Below are positions 6,910 to 16,227 of a stretch of DNA of 64,000 bases, piece after piece. Below the pieces are notes generated by a model that had not been told where the DNA came from, did not search any database, and was given only the letters and a program-made list of their open reading frames with translations. The translations under genes and the position numbers were made by a program. The first letter of the stretch is position 1, and each line of letters starts with the position of its first letter. The stretch comes from Candidatus Limiplasma stercoravium (GTDB taxonomy: Bacteria > Bacillota > Clostridia > Christensenellales > Aristaeellaceae): positions 69 to 64,068 of the forward strand of contig DVME01000102.1 in NCBI GenBank assembly GCA_018715175.1, given 5' to 3'.

Positions 6910-9384
6910 ATGATTTCTACCCTGATTCGACGGTGTGCGGCCGCGCTGCTGTGCCTTCTGATGCTTTCGCAGGTTTCGGCAGGCTGGGCGGCGTCTGTCG
7001 ACCTGGAAGCGGAAATGGGCATCAGCGGGGCCGTCACCTACGTGCGAACCGTACCGCTCACCGTTACGCTCACCAATAACGAAACGGACGAAACCGGCAC
7101 GGTGTGGATTGACATCTCACGCTCATCCAACCAGTACGACCGTTATGAGATGCCCGTGACCATCGCCGCCGGCGCGACGGTGCAGGTTACGTTGCCGGTT
7201 TTGCTGACCATGCGGCAGGACAGCTATGAAGTTGTGTGGGAATCCGGCGGTAAGGAAAAGCGATCCGCGGTAAAAATCTCGCAGGTTATCGATCCCACAA
7301 GCATCATCGTAGGCTTGATGGAAGGCCAGGATCCACAAGCCTCCAATCTGAGCAGCGCCTTGAGCACCAAAAAGCTTGCCAATGGCGAAAGCTGGAGCCA
7401 GGTGGCGCTCACGTCGGACGAATTTCCCAGGGATGTGGAACTTCTGCGCTTCTTTGACGTTCTGGTAGTGGACGGCGCAAACCTCAACGCCCTGGACGAC
7501 GCGCAACGCGACGCGTTTGACCAATGGCTGCGCGAGGGCGGTCTGGTGCTGGTAGGCGGCGGCGCGCAGGCGGCTTCCGTATTTCCGTTTTTCGAGTCCT
7601 ACACGGGCATCCGCGCAGGAACGGCGCAACCTACGCAGGACATATCCGCCCAGCTGATCGAGCTGATGGATCTCAGCGCCTTTGCCATCCAGCAGGAGGT
7701 CACCCTCGCGTCGCTTGAAGGCGCGTCTGGCAAAAGCATCGGCGACGGCTTGGCGGATCTGTGCTCGGTGGCGAACGGGCGGGTGCTGACGTGTTCGTTT
7801 TCCTTCAGCGAAAAGCCTTTGTGCGGATGGCTGGGGCGCAACGCCGCCTTACAAAAGCTCTTGACTTACTGCGCCAACGACGCTTATGCGTCGCTTTTGG
7901 AACAGCGTTTCCGCGTCTACTATTCTACTTACAACGCGCATCGCTCCAACGAAAGCCTTCTCACCCAAATTGCCATACCCAATTCGCCGGGACAATGGAT
8001 CCCCTTGGCGGTCATCATCGCTTTTATCGTATTGGCTGGTTTTGCGGGGTACTTGATTCTGCGCCGTCTGGATCGGCGGGAATGGATGTGGGCGGTTGTG
8101 CCGGCGCTGGCCGTAGCCGCTTCGCTGGCGGTGTGGGGGCTGAGCGGCTCGCTCGAGCAGCGCGAGCCCGTAGGGGTCAGTTCTACCGTTTGCGTCATTC
8201 ACACGGATGGTTCGTCGGATGTGTCCACCAGCGTGATGGCGGCCAAAGCGCAAGCCGAGCCTCTCACGCTTAGCGCTGTCGAGGGCGAACCGGATCTCGG
8301 CCCATCGGTCAACTACTATTACTATAACGACGACCCCAGTTCCCCCGGCGTGCCCGCCAGCTTGCGTTACCGCTATACCTACGGCGATTCCAGCTCCCTA
8401 ACCTTTGCCAAGGTCACCGCGTGGCAGCCGGTGAGCATGGCGTTTCAGGGAGTGCCCGTTAAAGATTTTCGCGGCGTTTCCGGCGTATGCGAATGGGACG
8501 GAGAAGACCTTTTGTTTACCCTGACCAATCAAAGCGGCCATACGCTCCCTGGCGGCGTGATTCTCTGCGCCTATGGTTACGTTACGTTGCCTTCGGTGGC
8601 GCCGGGACAAACGGCGCAGGCCCGGCTGCGCGCGCAGGGTTCCAATGGCGATGTGATAGACGGAGTGCTCAGCAGCGATCCGATGTCGGACGATCTGGCT
8701 TATTTTTCCGATATCGTGAACGTCTATGCATACCAGGTCTTTGGGGAAGTCGAGGACCCGGAGCAAAACAGCCTCAACAGCGTGCGGCGCATGCAGCTGA
8801 CCGCGCTGGACACGTCGCGCTTCGTGTACGCCGCCTTTTTGGACGATTTGGCCGACATGCAGCTGCTTGCGGACGGCCAGCCCGTCACCCGTCAGGCTCA
8901 TGTGGGCATGCTGGCGGTGGATCTTGACTATCGCTCCGTCAACGCCCAGGGGCAGGCGCGCTTTTTGCCTTCCAGCTTCCAGGTTTACCAAGCGCAGCAG
9001 GCACAGGGAGAAGCGCCTGTGGCAACGCAGTCCCTGCAAGACGAATATCACTACTATCAGCTGAGCGCGCAGCCCATTTTCGCCATTGATATCTCCGCTC
9101 TGCCCCAGGACATGGACGTCGACCTGTTCAGCATCTCCACGCCTTATCAAAACGCTTCCTACCGCGTCAGCCTGTACAACTTTCAAACCCAGCAATGGGA
9201 CGAGCATGCGGTTTGCCTTTACAATCTGTCCAGCGGTTCCCGAAGCCGCACGTCCACCTTGCCAGAACTTTCACTCTATGAAAGCGAAGGGTTTCTGTAC
9301 GCGCGCTTTGTCAGCGCCGACGATACCGAGTATGCCGAGATTCTGTCGCCTCGGCTGATTGTGGAAGGGAGTGTGCAGCCATGA
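6910..9384 (+). CDS. Large secreted/membrane protein of unknown function, first gene of the ABC-2/MoxR/VWA operon
   Basis: Signal-peptide-like N-terminus MISTLIRRCAAALLCLLMLSQVSAGWA after the RBS GAGGAGG. Two central TM helices (WIPLAVIIAFIVLAGFAGYLIL and WMWAVVPALAVAASLAVWGL). It contains a GATase1-like segment FDVLVVDGANLNALDDAQRDAFDQWLREGGLVLVGGG. The start codon is uncertain (6868/6892/6901/6910). Confidence 0.6.
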   Translation: MISTLIRRCAAALLCLLMLSQVSAGWAASVDLEAEMGISGAVTYVRTVPLTVTLTNNETDETGTVWIDISRSSNQYDRYEMPVTIAAGATVQVTLPVLLTMRQDSYEVVWESGGKEKRSAVKISQVIDPTSIIVGLMEGQDPQASNLSSALSTKKLANGESWSQVALTSDEFPRDVELLRFFDVLVVDGANLNALDDAQRDAFDQWLREGGLVLVGGGAQAASVFPFFESYTGIRAGTAQPTQDISAQLIELMDLSAFAIQQEVTLASLEGASGKSIGDGLADLCSVANGRVLTCSFSFSEKPLCGWLGRNAALQKLLTYCANDAYASLLEQRFRVYYSTYNAHRSNESLLTQIAIPNSPGQWIPLAVIIAFIVLAGFAGYLILRRLDRREWMWAVVPALAVAASLAVWGLSGSLEQREPVGVSSTVCVIHTDGSSDVSTSVMAAKAQAEPLTLSAVEGEPDLGPSVNYYYYNDDPSSPGVPASLRYRYTYGDSSSLTFAKVTAWQPVSMAFQGVPVKDFRGVSGVCEWDGEDLLFTLTNQSGHTLPGGVILCAYGYVTLPSVAPGQTAQARLRAQGSNGDVIDGVLSSDPMSDDLAYFSDIVNVYAYQVFGEVEDPEQNSLNSVRRMQLTALDTSRFVYAAFLDDLADMQLLADGQPVTRQAHVGMLAVDLDYRSVNAQGQARFLPSSFQVYQAQQAQGEAPVATQSLQDEYHYYQLSAQPIFAIDISALPQDMDVDLFSISTPYQNASYRVSLYNFQTQQWDEHAVCLYNLSSGSRSRTSTLPELSLYESEGFLYARFVSADDTEYAEILSPRLIVEGSVQP

Positions 9385-10319
9385 TTGAGCTTCGCGGCTT
9401 AACGCACCGATACGGCTCCTTTATTGCGCTGGATCAGCTGAGCCTAAAGGTTCCCAAAGGCGATCTGCACGGCTTCGTCGGGCCCAACGGCGCCGGGAAA
9501 ACCACCACCATGCGCATCCTGGCCACGCTGCTCAAGCCAACTTCCGGCCAGGCGCTGGTGGACGGCAGCGACGTGGCTCTCCATCCGCGGGACGTCCGTC
9601 GCGTCGTAGGCTACATGCCGGACTTCTTCGGCGTATACGACCGGCTGAAGACCTGGGAATACCTGGACTTTTATGCGCGCTGTTACGGCTTTGACGCCTG
9701 GAAGCGGCGATGCACGATTGACGGCATGCTGGAGCTGGTCGGCCTCACCGACAAGCGCGACAACTATGTGGACGAGCTCTCCCGCGGCATGAAACAACGC
9801 CTCTGTCTCGCCCGCGCGCTCATTCATGACCCTGCCCTGCTTTTGCTGGACGAGCCGGCCTCCGGCATGGATCCGCGGGCGCGCTCAGAAATGAAAACCA
9901 TTCTGCGCACCCTCAAATCCCTGGGCAAAACGGTATTGATCTCCTCGCATATCCTGCCAGAGCTATCCGAAATGTGCGACTCTCTGACGATCATCGACCA
10001 CGGCCGGCTGGTGTTTTCAGGCACGGTGGAAGCGCTGGGGCAGCGCATGAGCGGCAACGCGCCCCTGAGCGTTCAGCTGTTGCAGCAAGCCGCTGCGGAA
10101 ACGATGGACACGGCCGAAAGGCTGCTGCGGGAGTTCCCAGGCGTTACGGGTGTAAGCCGTGAGCCGGATCGCGTTTTTCACGTCTCATTTACGGGCGATC
10201 CAACCCAGGCCGCGGCGCTGCTTCGCTCGCTGGTCAACGCCGGCCTTCCGCTGGCGGATTTTCACCGTGCCCCGGTCAATCTGGAAAAGGTATTCATGGA
10301 GGTGACCCAGCATGAATAA
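9381..10319 (+). CDS. ABC transporter ATP-binding protein (ABC-2 type)
   Basis: Walker A GPNGAGKTT, signature LSRGMKQRL, Walker B LLLLDEP. Its start overlaps the upstream stop (ATGA). Confidence 0.9.
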   Translation: MIELRGLTHRYGSFIALDQLSLKVPKGDLHGFVGPNGAGKTTTMRILATLLKPTSGQALVDGSDVALHPRDVRRVVGYMPDFFGVYDRLKTWEYLDFYARCYGFDAWKRRCTIDGMLELVGLTDKRDNYVDELSRGMKQRLCLARALIHDPALLLLDEPASGMDPRARSEMKTILRTLKSLGKTVLISSHILPELSEMCDSLTIIDHGRLVFSGTVEALGQRMSGNAPLSVQLLQQAAAETMDTAERLLREFPGVTGVSREPDRVFHVSFTGDPTQAAALLRSLVNAGLPLADFHRAPVNLEKVFMEVTQHE

Positions 10320-11205
10320 CCCCATTTTTGCCTTTCAAGCGCGTAGGCGCATGCGTTCCCTGCAAGTTCCCATCATTCTGACGCTGTACACATCGGCGTT
10401 GACAGCGGTTGCCGCGTTAACCTCATACGCCCGGTTTTTGGGCCCGACTTTTCTCATTGGCGATATGAGTGCTCAGCTGGCAGGATATCTGCTGGTGCTC
10501 CTGCTGCAATTCGCGCTGTTGTTGCTTGTGGCCCCGGCTGTTACCGCATCCGCCATATCCGGCGAGCGTGAGCGCCAAACCCTGGATCTGCTGCTGGTCA
10601 CCGGTACCAGCTCGCTTAAGCTGATGCTGGGCAAGCTGCTGGAAAGTTTTTGTTTTCTGGCACTCATGGTGGTATGTTCCATGCCCGTGCTCTCCCTCAT
10701 CATCCTCACCGGAAGCGCGACGGTAACGCAGGTGCTCCAATCCGTTGCGTTCCTGATTCTGTTCGTTCTTTACGCGCTCAGCATTGGCCTGATGTGCTCC
10801 ACGCTGTTCAGGCGGGCGGCGACCTCCACCATCGCCAGCTATTTGGCGGTTTTTCTCATCGGCATCTTGACCCTGCTCCCGCTATGGTACGATGTCAAGC
10901 GAATTGGCGATCTCTACGACGCTTTGACCGAATCGGGCATCCAGGTGCAAGCCTTGGATTACACGCCTATTTCCTTTATCATCAATCCCGGACTGGGCCT
11001 CTTTGCGTTGCTGGAATCGCAAACCGCAGTCTTTCACAACAGCTTATGGAGCGTCAGTTACACGCTGTCCGTGACTTTGGACTTTCTGCCCCTGCAAAAA
11101 TGCGTGTATGGAAACATGATCTTTATGGCCGTCGCGTCCGCCGCGCTGATCTTACTGGGAGCGCTCAGGCTCCGGCCGGGACGCGAGCGGATTCGGAGGC
11201 GCTGA
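10312..11205 (+). CDS. ABC-2 family permease (NosY/GldF-like)
   Basis: 297-aa polytopic membrane protein with about 6 hydrophobic segments. It overlaps the ATPase gene by 8 nt. Confidence 0.7.
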   Translation: MNNPIFAFQARRRMRSLQVPIILTLYTSALTAVAALTSYARFLGPTFLIGDMSAQLAGYLLVLLLQFALLLLVAPAVTASAISGERERQTLDLLLVTGTSSLKLMLGKLLESFCFLALMVVCSMPVLSLIILTGSATVTQVLQSVAFLILFVLYALSIGLMCSTLFRRAATSTIASYLAVFLIGILTLLPLWYDVKRIGDLYDALTESGIQVQALDYTPISFIINPGLGLFALLESQTAVFHNSLWSVSYTLSVTLDFLPLQKCVYGNMIFMAVASAALILLGALRLRPGRERIRRR

Positions 11206-11207
11206 AG

Positions 11208-12554
11208 ATGACTTCAATTCAAATGGCATTACGGCCCATGCGCCGCCGCATGCGGTTGCGGCGGATGGTCACCTGGACGGCGTACGGCGCTTTCGTCGGC
11301 GCGGCCTGCACCTTACTGGTTCGCGTAGCTTCGTTTCTTTGGCTGCTCTCCAACGCATGGCTTTGGGAATGGATCGCGTATTTGAGCGGCCTTGCGGCGT
11401 TTGCGCTGGGCGCTTGGCTTTGGCCCATCTCTGACCTGGCGGTGGCGCGGGAAGCGGACGGGCTGGGGCTGAAAGCTCGCGCGCAGACGGCGCTGATGCT
11501 TGAAAGCCTCGATACGCCCATGGCCCGCGTTCAACGCGAGGACGCCTTGCGCGCCCTAAGCGGCCTCAACGCCAAGGCGCTTCCCCTCAAAGCGCCCAAG
11601 CCGGCATGGATTGGCGCGTTGACCTGCGCCGCGCTCTTTGGCTTGAGCTTTTTCCTTCCCAATCCGCAACAAGAGGCCCTGGACGCAAAGGCCGCCATTC
11701 AAGAGAGCTTGGCGCAGCAGGCCGAACAGGTGCAGGCCGCCGCGACAAGCCTTGACGAGAACGCGGTGACCGCGCAGGCGCTGATGAAAGAACTGGCCCG
11801 AGAACTTGACAAAGCGCAGACCGCACGCGAAGCGCTGCTGGCGATCGACCGGGCGGAGCGCAGCCTTAACGAAGCGTTGTCCCAAATGCTAACGGATGCG
11901 GCAGCGGCCTTGGAAAGCGCCGGTCAGGACGCCCTGGCCCAAGCGCTTATGCAAGGCGATTCGCAGGCGTTGGCTAGAGAACTGGCATCCATCCCTGACG
12001 CTTCCAAAGCGCTGGCGGCCGCGGCTGCCAGCGCCGCCAGCGCCGAAGCCGCCCAGACTCTCAGCGCTGCCGCACAAGCATTGGAAAGCATGGATGCGGA
12101 TTTGGCCGCCCAGGAGCTGACCGCCCTTAGCGATTCCACGGCACAGGCTCTTGAAGCAATGGCGAACGCGCGCACGGCGGCTGCCGGCGCCTCGATGTCC
12201 TCAGCCGGGGCCAGCCTGGGAAGCGGCGGGGAGGAAACGCAGGACGCAAACGGCCAAAGCGCTTCCGTCAGTCCGCAGGCGCCCCAAAAGCAAACCCGTG
12301 AATACGAAGCCGTCTACGATCCGACGCGCCTGGGCGTATCCGGTACCGTCACCCAGGAGCGGGGCGTATGGCACGAAGGCACGATTTACGAGGCGGACGC
12401 CGGCACGGGCGAGGGCGCGCCGGAGGAAAGCGTCCCCTACAACCGGGTATTTGCGGAGTATGCGCAGGCCGCGACGGACGCGATGCAATCCTCCAACCTC
12501 CCCCTTTGGGCACGGGAATGGGTGGAGGAATACTTTCAAGCGCTGCAACCCTAA
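11208..12554 (+). CDS. Membrane-anchored Ala/Gln-rich (coiled-coil-like) protein of unknown function
   Basis: ATG at 11208 follows GGAGG and lies 2 nt after the permease stop. There are two N-terminal TM helices, a long Ala/Gln/Leu/Glu-rich region, and the C-terminus YNRVFAEYAQAATDAMQSSNLPLWAREWVEEYFQALQP. The listed ORF 10650..12554 extends upstream only as out-of-frame overlap with the permease. Confidence 0.65.
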   Translation: MTSIQMALRPMRRRMRLRRMVTWTAYGAFVGAACTLLVRVASFLWLLSNAWLWEWIAYLSGLAAFALGAWLWPISDLAVAREADGLGLKARAQTALMLESLDTPMARVQREDALRALSGLNAKALPLKAPKPAWIGALTCAALFGLSFFLPNPQQEALDAKAAIQESLAQQAEQVQAAATSLDENAVTAQALMKELARELDKAQTAREALLAIDRAERSLNEALSQMLTDAAAALESAGQDALAQALMQGDSQALARELASIPDASKALAAAAASAASAEAAQTLSAAAQALESMDADLAAQELTALSDSTAQALEAMANARTAAAGASMSSAGASLGSGGEETQDANGQSASVSPQAPQKQTREYEAVYDPTRLGVSGTVTQERGVWHEGTIYEADAGTGEGAPEESVPYNRVFAEYAQAATDAMQSSNLPLWAREWVEEYFQALQP

Positions 12555-12572
12555 CACACGGGAGGATTCGGC

Positions 12573-13553
12573 ATGATTGCTAGAGAGGAAATCGAAGCGT
12601 TTGCCCAAAAGGTAACCCAAATCCGCGAGGAAATCGCCAAAGAGATCGTCGGACAACAGGAGGTGGTGGAGCAATTGCTCATCACCCTGATCGCGGGCGG
12701 CAACGCATTGCTGGAAGGCGTTCCGGGCCTTGGCAAAACGCGGCTGGTACGCACTTTGGCCCAGGTGTTTCGCCTGCCTTTCAACCGCATTCAGTTTACG
12801 CCCGATCTGATGCCCTCGGACATCACAGGCACGAACCTCATCGTCAAAGCCGAAGGCGGCAACGAGTTTCGCTTTCGTCCCGGCCCGGTTTTCGCCTCCG
12901 TCGTATTGGCGGACGAAATCAACCGCGCCACGCCCAAGACGCAATCTGCCTTGTTGGAAGCCATGCAGGAGCACAGCGTGACCGTCGCCGGAGAAACGCA
13001 CGCCCTCCCGGAACCCTTTTTTGTGCTGGCTACGCAAAACCCCATCGAGCAGGAAGGCACCTATCCCCTGCCGGAAGCGCAGCTGGACCGTTTTTTGCTC
13101 AAAATTCTGGTGCGCTATCCCAGCGTGGCGGAATTGGACGCTATCGTCCGCCTCACCACCGTTCCCCAAAACCAACACGCCCAATGCGTGGCCGGGGCCG
13201 ATACCCTGCTGGAGCTTCGACGCGTCGCCGAGGAAGTGCCGCTGGCCAAAGCCGTTTGGGACGCGGCTCTGGGCCTGGTGATGAACACGCATCCGCAGCG
13301 GCCGGAAAGCCCGGAGCGAGTCAAGCGCTCGCTGCGCTTTGGCGCAAGCCCGCGCGCTGCTCAGGCCATCGTCGCTGCCGCGCGCGTTCGCGCGTTGATG
13401 CAGGGGCGTTACAACGTCGCCTTTGAAGACCTACGCGCCGTCGCGCCCGCCTGCCTGCGCCACCGCGTGTCGCTGAGTTTTGAGGGCATGGCGCAAGGCG
13501 ACACGGTGGAACAGATCATCGAGCTTTTGCTGGAACAGCTGCCCACGGCGTAA
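12573..13553 (+). CDS. MoxR-family AAA+ ATPase
   Basis: Walker A GVPGLGKT. Walker B VVLADEINRATPKTQSALLEAMQE. The ~326-aa length is typical of MoxR. Confidence 0.9.
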   Translation: MIAREEIEAFAQKVTQIREEIAKEIVGQQEVVEQLLITLIAGGNALLEGVPGLGKTRLVRTLAQVFRLPFNRIQFTPDLMPSDITGTNLIVKAEGGNEFRFRPGPVFASVVLADEINRATPKTQSALLEAMQEHSVTVAGETHALPEPFFVLATQNPIEQEGTYPLPEAQLDRFLLKILVRYPSVAELDAIVRLTTVPQNQHAQCVAGADTLLELRRVAEEVPLAKAVWDAALGLVMNTHPQRPESPERVKRSLRFGASPRAAQAIVAAARVRALMQGRYNVAFEDLRAVAPACLRHRVSLSFEGMAQGDTVEQIIELLLEQLPTA

Positions 13554-13571
13554 CAAAAGGAGGGCTATGCG

Positions 13572-14432
13572 TTGCTTTCGGACGCTTTTTTGAACCGTTT
13601 GGATACGCTTGCCCTGCATATACGCCGTCAAAGCGGCGCTGCCGGCGGCGGACTGAGGCGCTCCAAAGCGCTGGGCAGCAGCGTGGAGTTCTCGGATTTT
13701 CGGGAATACGCGCCGGGCGACGACATCCGGCGCATCGACTGGAACGCTTACGCACGTTTTGAGCGCCTGTTTCTCAAGCTTTTTTTGGAAGAGCGCGAAG
13801 TACAGGTAAACCTGATTGTGGACGCCAGCGCGTCCATGGGCTTTGGCAGCCCGTCCAAGCTGCGCTGCGCATCCTTGCTGGCACAGGCGATCGGATACCT
13901 GGCGCTGCGCGGCGGCGACTGCGTGACCGCGTTCACCCTCGGAACCGAAGTGCGCCGCACGCGCGCGCTCAGAGGCCGTCATTGCTATGCGGAATTGGCG
14001 GCGTTTTTGGATGGCGCGATCGCTCAAGGCCAAGCGCGATTGAACCAAAGCGTGCCATCTCTGCCTTTGCCTAACGGCGGCATGACGGTGCTTGTGGGCG
14101 ACGTGCTATGCGAGGACGGATACGACCGCGCGTTTCATTCGCTCATCTACCGCCGTCAGGAACTGAGCGTATGCCAGGTGCTGTCCCCTCAGGAATGGGA
14201 GCCGTCGCTGGAAACCATCGCGGAACTGGAGGACAGCGAAACCGGCGACACGTTCGTGGTGGCTGCCGGGTACGACGTGCTGCGCCGCTATCGGGAGGCG
14301 GCGCAAAGCTATGTGGCGTCGCTGCGCGCGTTTCTGCACGCCCGCGGCGCGGCGCATGTACTGCTTTTGACCGAAGACGACTTTGAAAAAGCATTGTTTC
14401 GCGCGCTGAGCCGCTCGGGGCTGGTTGCCTGA
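13572..14432 (+). CDS. DUF58 domain protein (VWA-like, MoxR partner)
   Basis: Carries the DUF58 hallmark SVEFSDFREYAPGDDIRRIDWNAYARFERLFLKLF. TTG start after AAAGGAGGG. It lies directly downstream of MoxR, as in Bat-like operons. Confidence 0.85.
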   Translation: MLSDAFLNRLDTLALHIRRQSGAAGGGLRRSKALGSSVEFSDFREYAPGDDIRRIDWNAYARFERLFLKLFLEEREVQVNLIVDASASMGFGSPSKLRCASLLAQAIGYLALRGGDCVTAFTLGTEVRRTRALRGRHCYAELAAFLDGAIAQGQARLNQSVPSLPLPNGGMTVLVGDVLCEDGYDRAFHSLIYRRQELSVCQVLSPQEWEPSLETIAELEDSETGDTFVVAAGYDVLRRYREAAQSYVASLRAFLHARGAAHVLLLTEDDFEKALFRALSRSGLVA

Positions 14433-16227
14433 GCCAAAAAGGAGGCGACGCCGTTTGGAATGGCTGAATCCTGCCGGCGCATGGGCGTTTTTGGGCTTGA
14501 TACCGGTGGTGCTTCTTTATATGCTGCGGCGTAAAGCCAAGCGCGTGCGAGTGCCAAGCCTGGTGTTATGGCGCCTCACGCAGCAGCGCGCCGACCCCGC
14601 GCATCCCTTTGAGCGATTGCGAAACCAGCTGTTGCTATGGCTTCAGGTAGCGCTGGTGGCGTTGATGGCGCTGGCGTTGATGCGCCCGGTATCCGCAGGC
14701 GGCGAGCGGGGCGAAAGCGTGCTCATCTTCGACCTGTCCGCCAGCATGCAAACGCGCAATGAAGCGGGCGTTTCCCGGCTGGAGGAAGCGCAGCAGGCGG
14801 CCTATTCGCTTTTGGGCGGCATGCGCGACGGCGACGCGGTTACGGTGCTGGCCGCAGGGAGCCCCTATTCCCAGGTGCTTTCGCGCTCGACCGATAGGGC
14901 GGCCATCCGTCAGGCCATCGCCGGACTGCAAGCGCAAAGCGGCGGGAGCGATTTGTCAGGCGCGCTGGCCTTGGCCAACGCCATGCGCCGGGACATTCCA
15001 GGCTTGCGCGTCACCGTTTTTTCGGATTCGGCCATCAGCGACCAGCAGGCGGAACTATGGGCCGTCGGCAGCCCTGTTGCCAACCGCAGCATCCTATCGG
15101 CGCGCGTTCTTGAACAAGAAGAAGGCAATATCGCCTTTTGCCGGGTACTCAGCCGAGGCGCGGATGTCATGGCGGAAATGGAATGCCTCGCCGACGGGCG
15201 GCTTTGCGACGCGCGCACGGTCAGCCTGCCGGACGGCGTGGAGCAAAGCGTGTCGTTTTTGTTGCCCGAAGACGTGGAAACGGTCTGCGTGCGCTTTTCG
15301 CAAAGCGACGCTTTGACCGTCGACGACGAGCGTTTTGCCGTGCGCGAGCGGCCCGCCGGCCACACGGCGCTTTTGGTTACGCAGGACAACGTGTTTGTGC
15401 AAACCGCCTTGAGCCTGCGCTCCAGCCTGAGCGTGACTGCCGCTTCGCCGTCGGATGCGCAGGCAAGCGGAAAGTACGACCTGTACGTGTACGATGGACT
15501 TGTGCCTGATGCGCTTCCCGAGTCCGGCTCGCTGATGGTCTTTGCTCCGAATCGGGAAGTTTTGGGCGTCGTTCCCGGGCCTGCGCAGGCAGCCGCAGCC
15601 TTTGTGCGCGCCGCCGCCGGCTCAACCGCCAATGCGCTGTGCGAAAACCTGGACTTGGACGAAATCGCCCTGCTGTCCTTCCGTCCGCTTTCGGGCGGGA
15701 CGGCGGTGTGGCGCATCGGCGAGGACGCCCTGCTCAGCGTCACAGAGCAAAACGGCAGGCGCGCCGCTATTTTCGGCTTTGATGTCCATGAAAGCAACCT
15801 GCCGCTCAAGGCGGATTTCCCGCTGCTCATCCAAAACCTGCTGGACTATCTCCTGCCCGAAGCGTCCGCCTCGGCAACGGACGCCGTATGCGGCGACAGC
15901 GTCGACCTACGCCTGGACGAACGCACCCTCGATGCCTACGTGTCCACCCCATCCGGCGCGCGTGCCGAGGCGCCCGGCGGCCTGCTCAGCGACACGAGCG
16001 AGGCCGGGCTGTACACGCTGGTGGAACGTTTTGAGGACGGGCAGCGGCAAACCGCGTTCGCGCTTCATGCACCTCTGGCGGAAAGCGACACCCTTACCGT
16101 GGCGGACTCCACGCAGGGCGAGCATGGGCAAGGCGAGCCGGGCGGCCAGGAATGGACGGTATGGCTGCTTTTGCTGGCGCTTTTGACGCTGTTGGCGGAA
16201 TGGGAGGTGAGCCGCCGTGGGGTTTGA
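14425..16227 (+). CDS. BatA-like membrane protein: N-terminal double-TM domain plus VWA domain
   Basis: N-terminus AWAFLGLIPVVLLYMLRRKAKRVRVPSLVLW (BatA/aerotolerance-regulator N-terminal type). MIDAS-like motif DLSASM. C-terminal TM WTVWLLLLALLTLLAEW. It overlaps DUF58 by 8 nt. Confidence 0.75.
   Translation: MPEPKRRRRRLEWLNPAGAWAFLGLIPVVLLYMLRRKAKRVRVPSLVLWRLTQQRADPAHPFERLRNQLLLWLQVALVALMALALMRPVSAGGERGESVLIFDLSASMQTRNEAGVSRLEEAQQAAYSLLGGMRDGDAVTVLAAGSPYSQVLSRSTDRAAIRQAIAGLQAQSGGSDLSGALALANAMRRDIPGLRVTVFSDSAISDQQAELWAVGSPVANRSILSARVLEQEEGNIAFCRVLSRGADVMAEMECLADGRLCDARTVSLPDGVEQSVSFLLPEDVETVCVRFSQSDALTVDDERFAVRERPAGHTALLVTQDNVFVQTALSLRSSLSVTAASPSDAQASGKYDLYVYDGLVPDALPESGSLMVFAPNREVLGVVPGPAQAAAAFVRAAAGSTANALCENLDLDEIALLSFRPLSGGTAVWRIGEDALLSVTEQNGRRAAIFGFDVHESNLPLKADFPLLIQNLLDYLLPEASASATDAVCGDSVDLRLDERTLDAYVSTPSGARAEAPGGLLSDTSEAGLYTLVERFEDGQRQTAFALHAPLAESDTLTVADSTQGEHGQGEPGGQEWTVWLLLLALLTLLAEWEVSRRGV

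Noticed and set aside
10650-11207. The N-terminal 186 codons of the listed 634-aa ORF 10650..12554.
   Set aside because: This part overlaps the ABC-2 permease in another frame and has shadow-ORF composition. A proper RBS and ATG at 11208 sit right after the permease stop.
11890-12235. A repetitive-looking GC-rich stretch. I considered a tandem repeat or an array.
   Set aside because: It is in-frame Ala/Gln/Leu/Ser-rich low-complexity coding sequence of the 11208..12554 protein. I found no exact nucleotide repeats or spacer structure.
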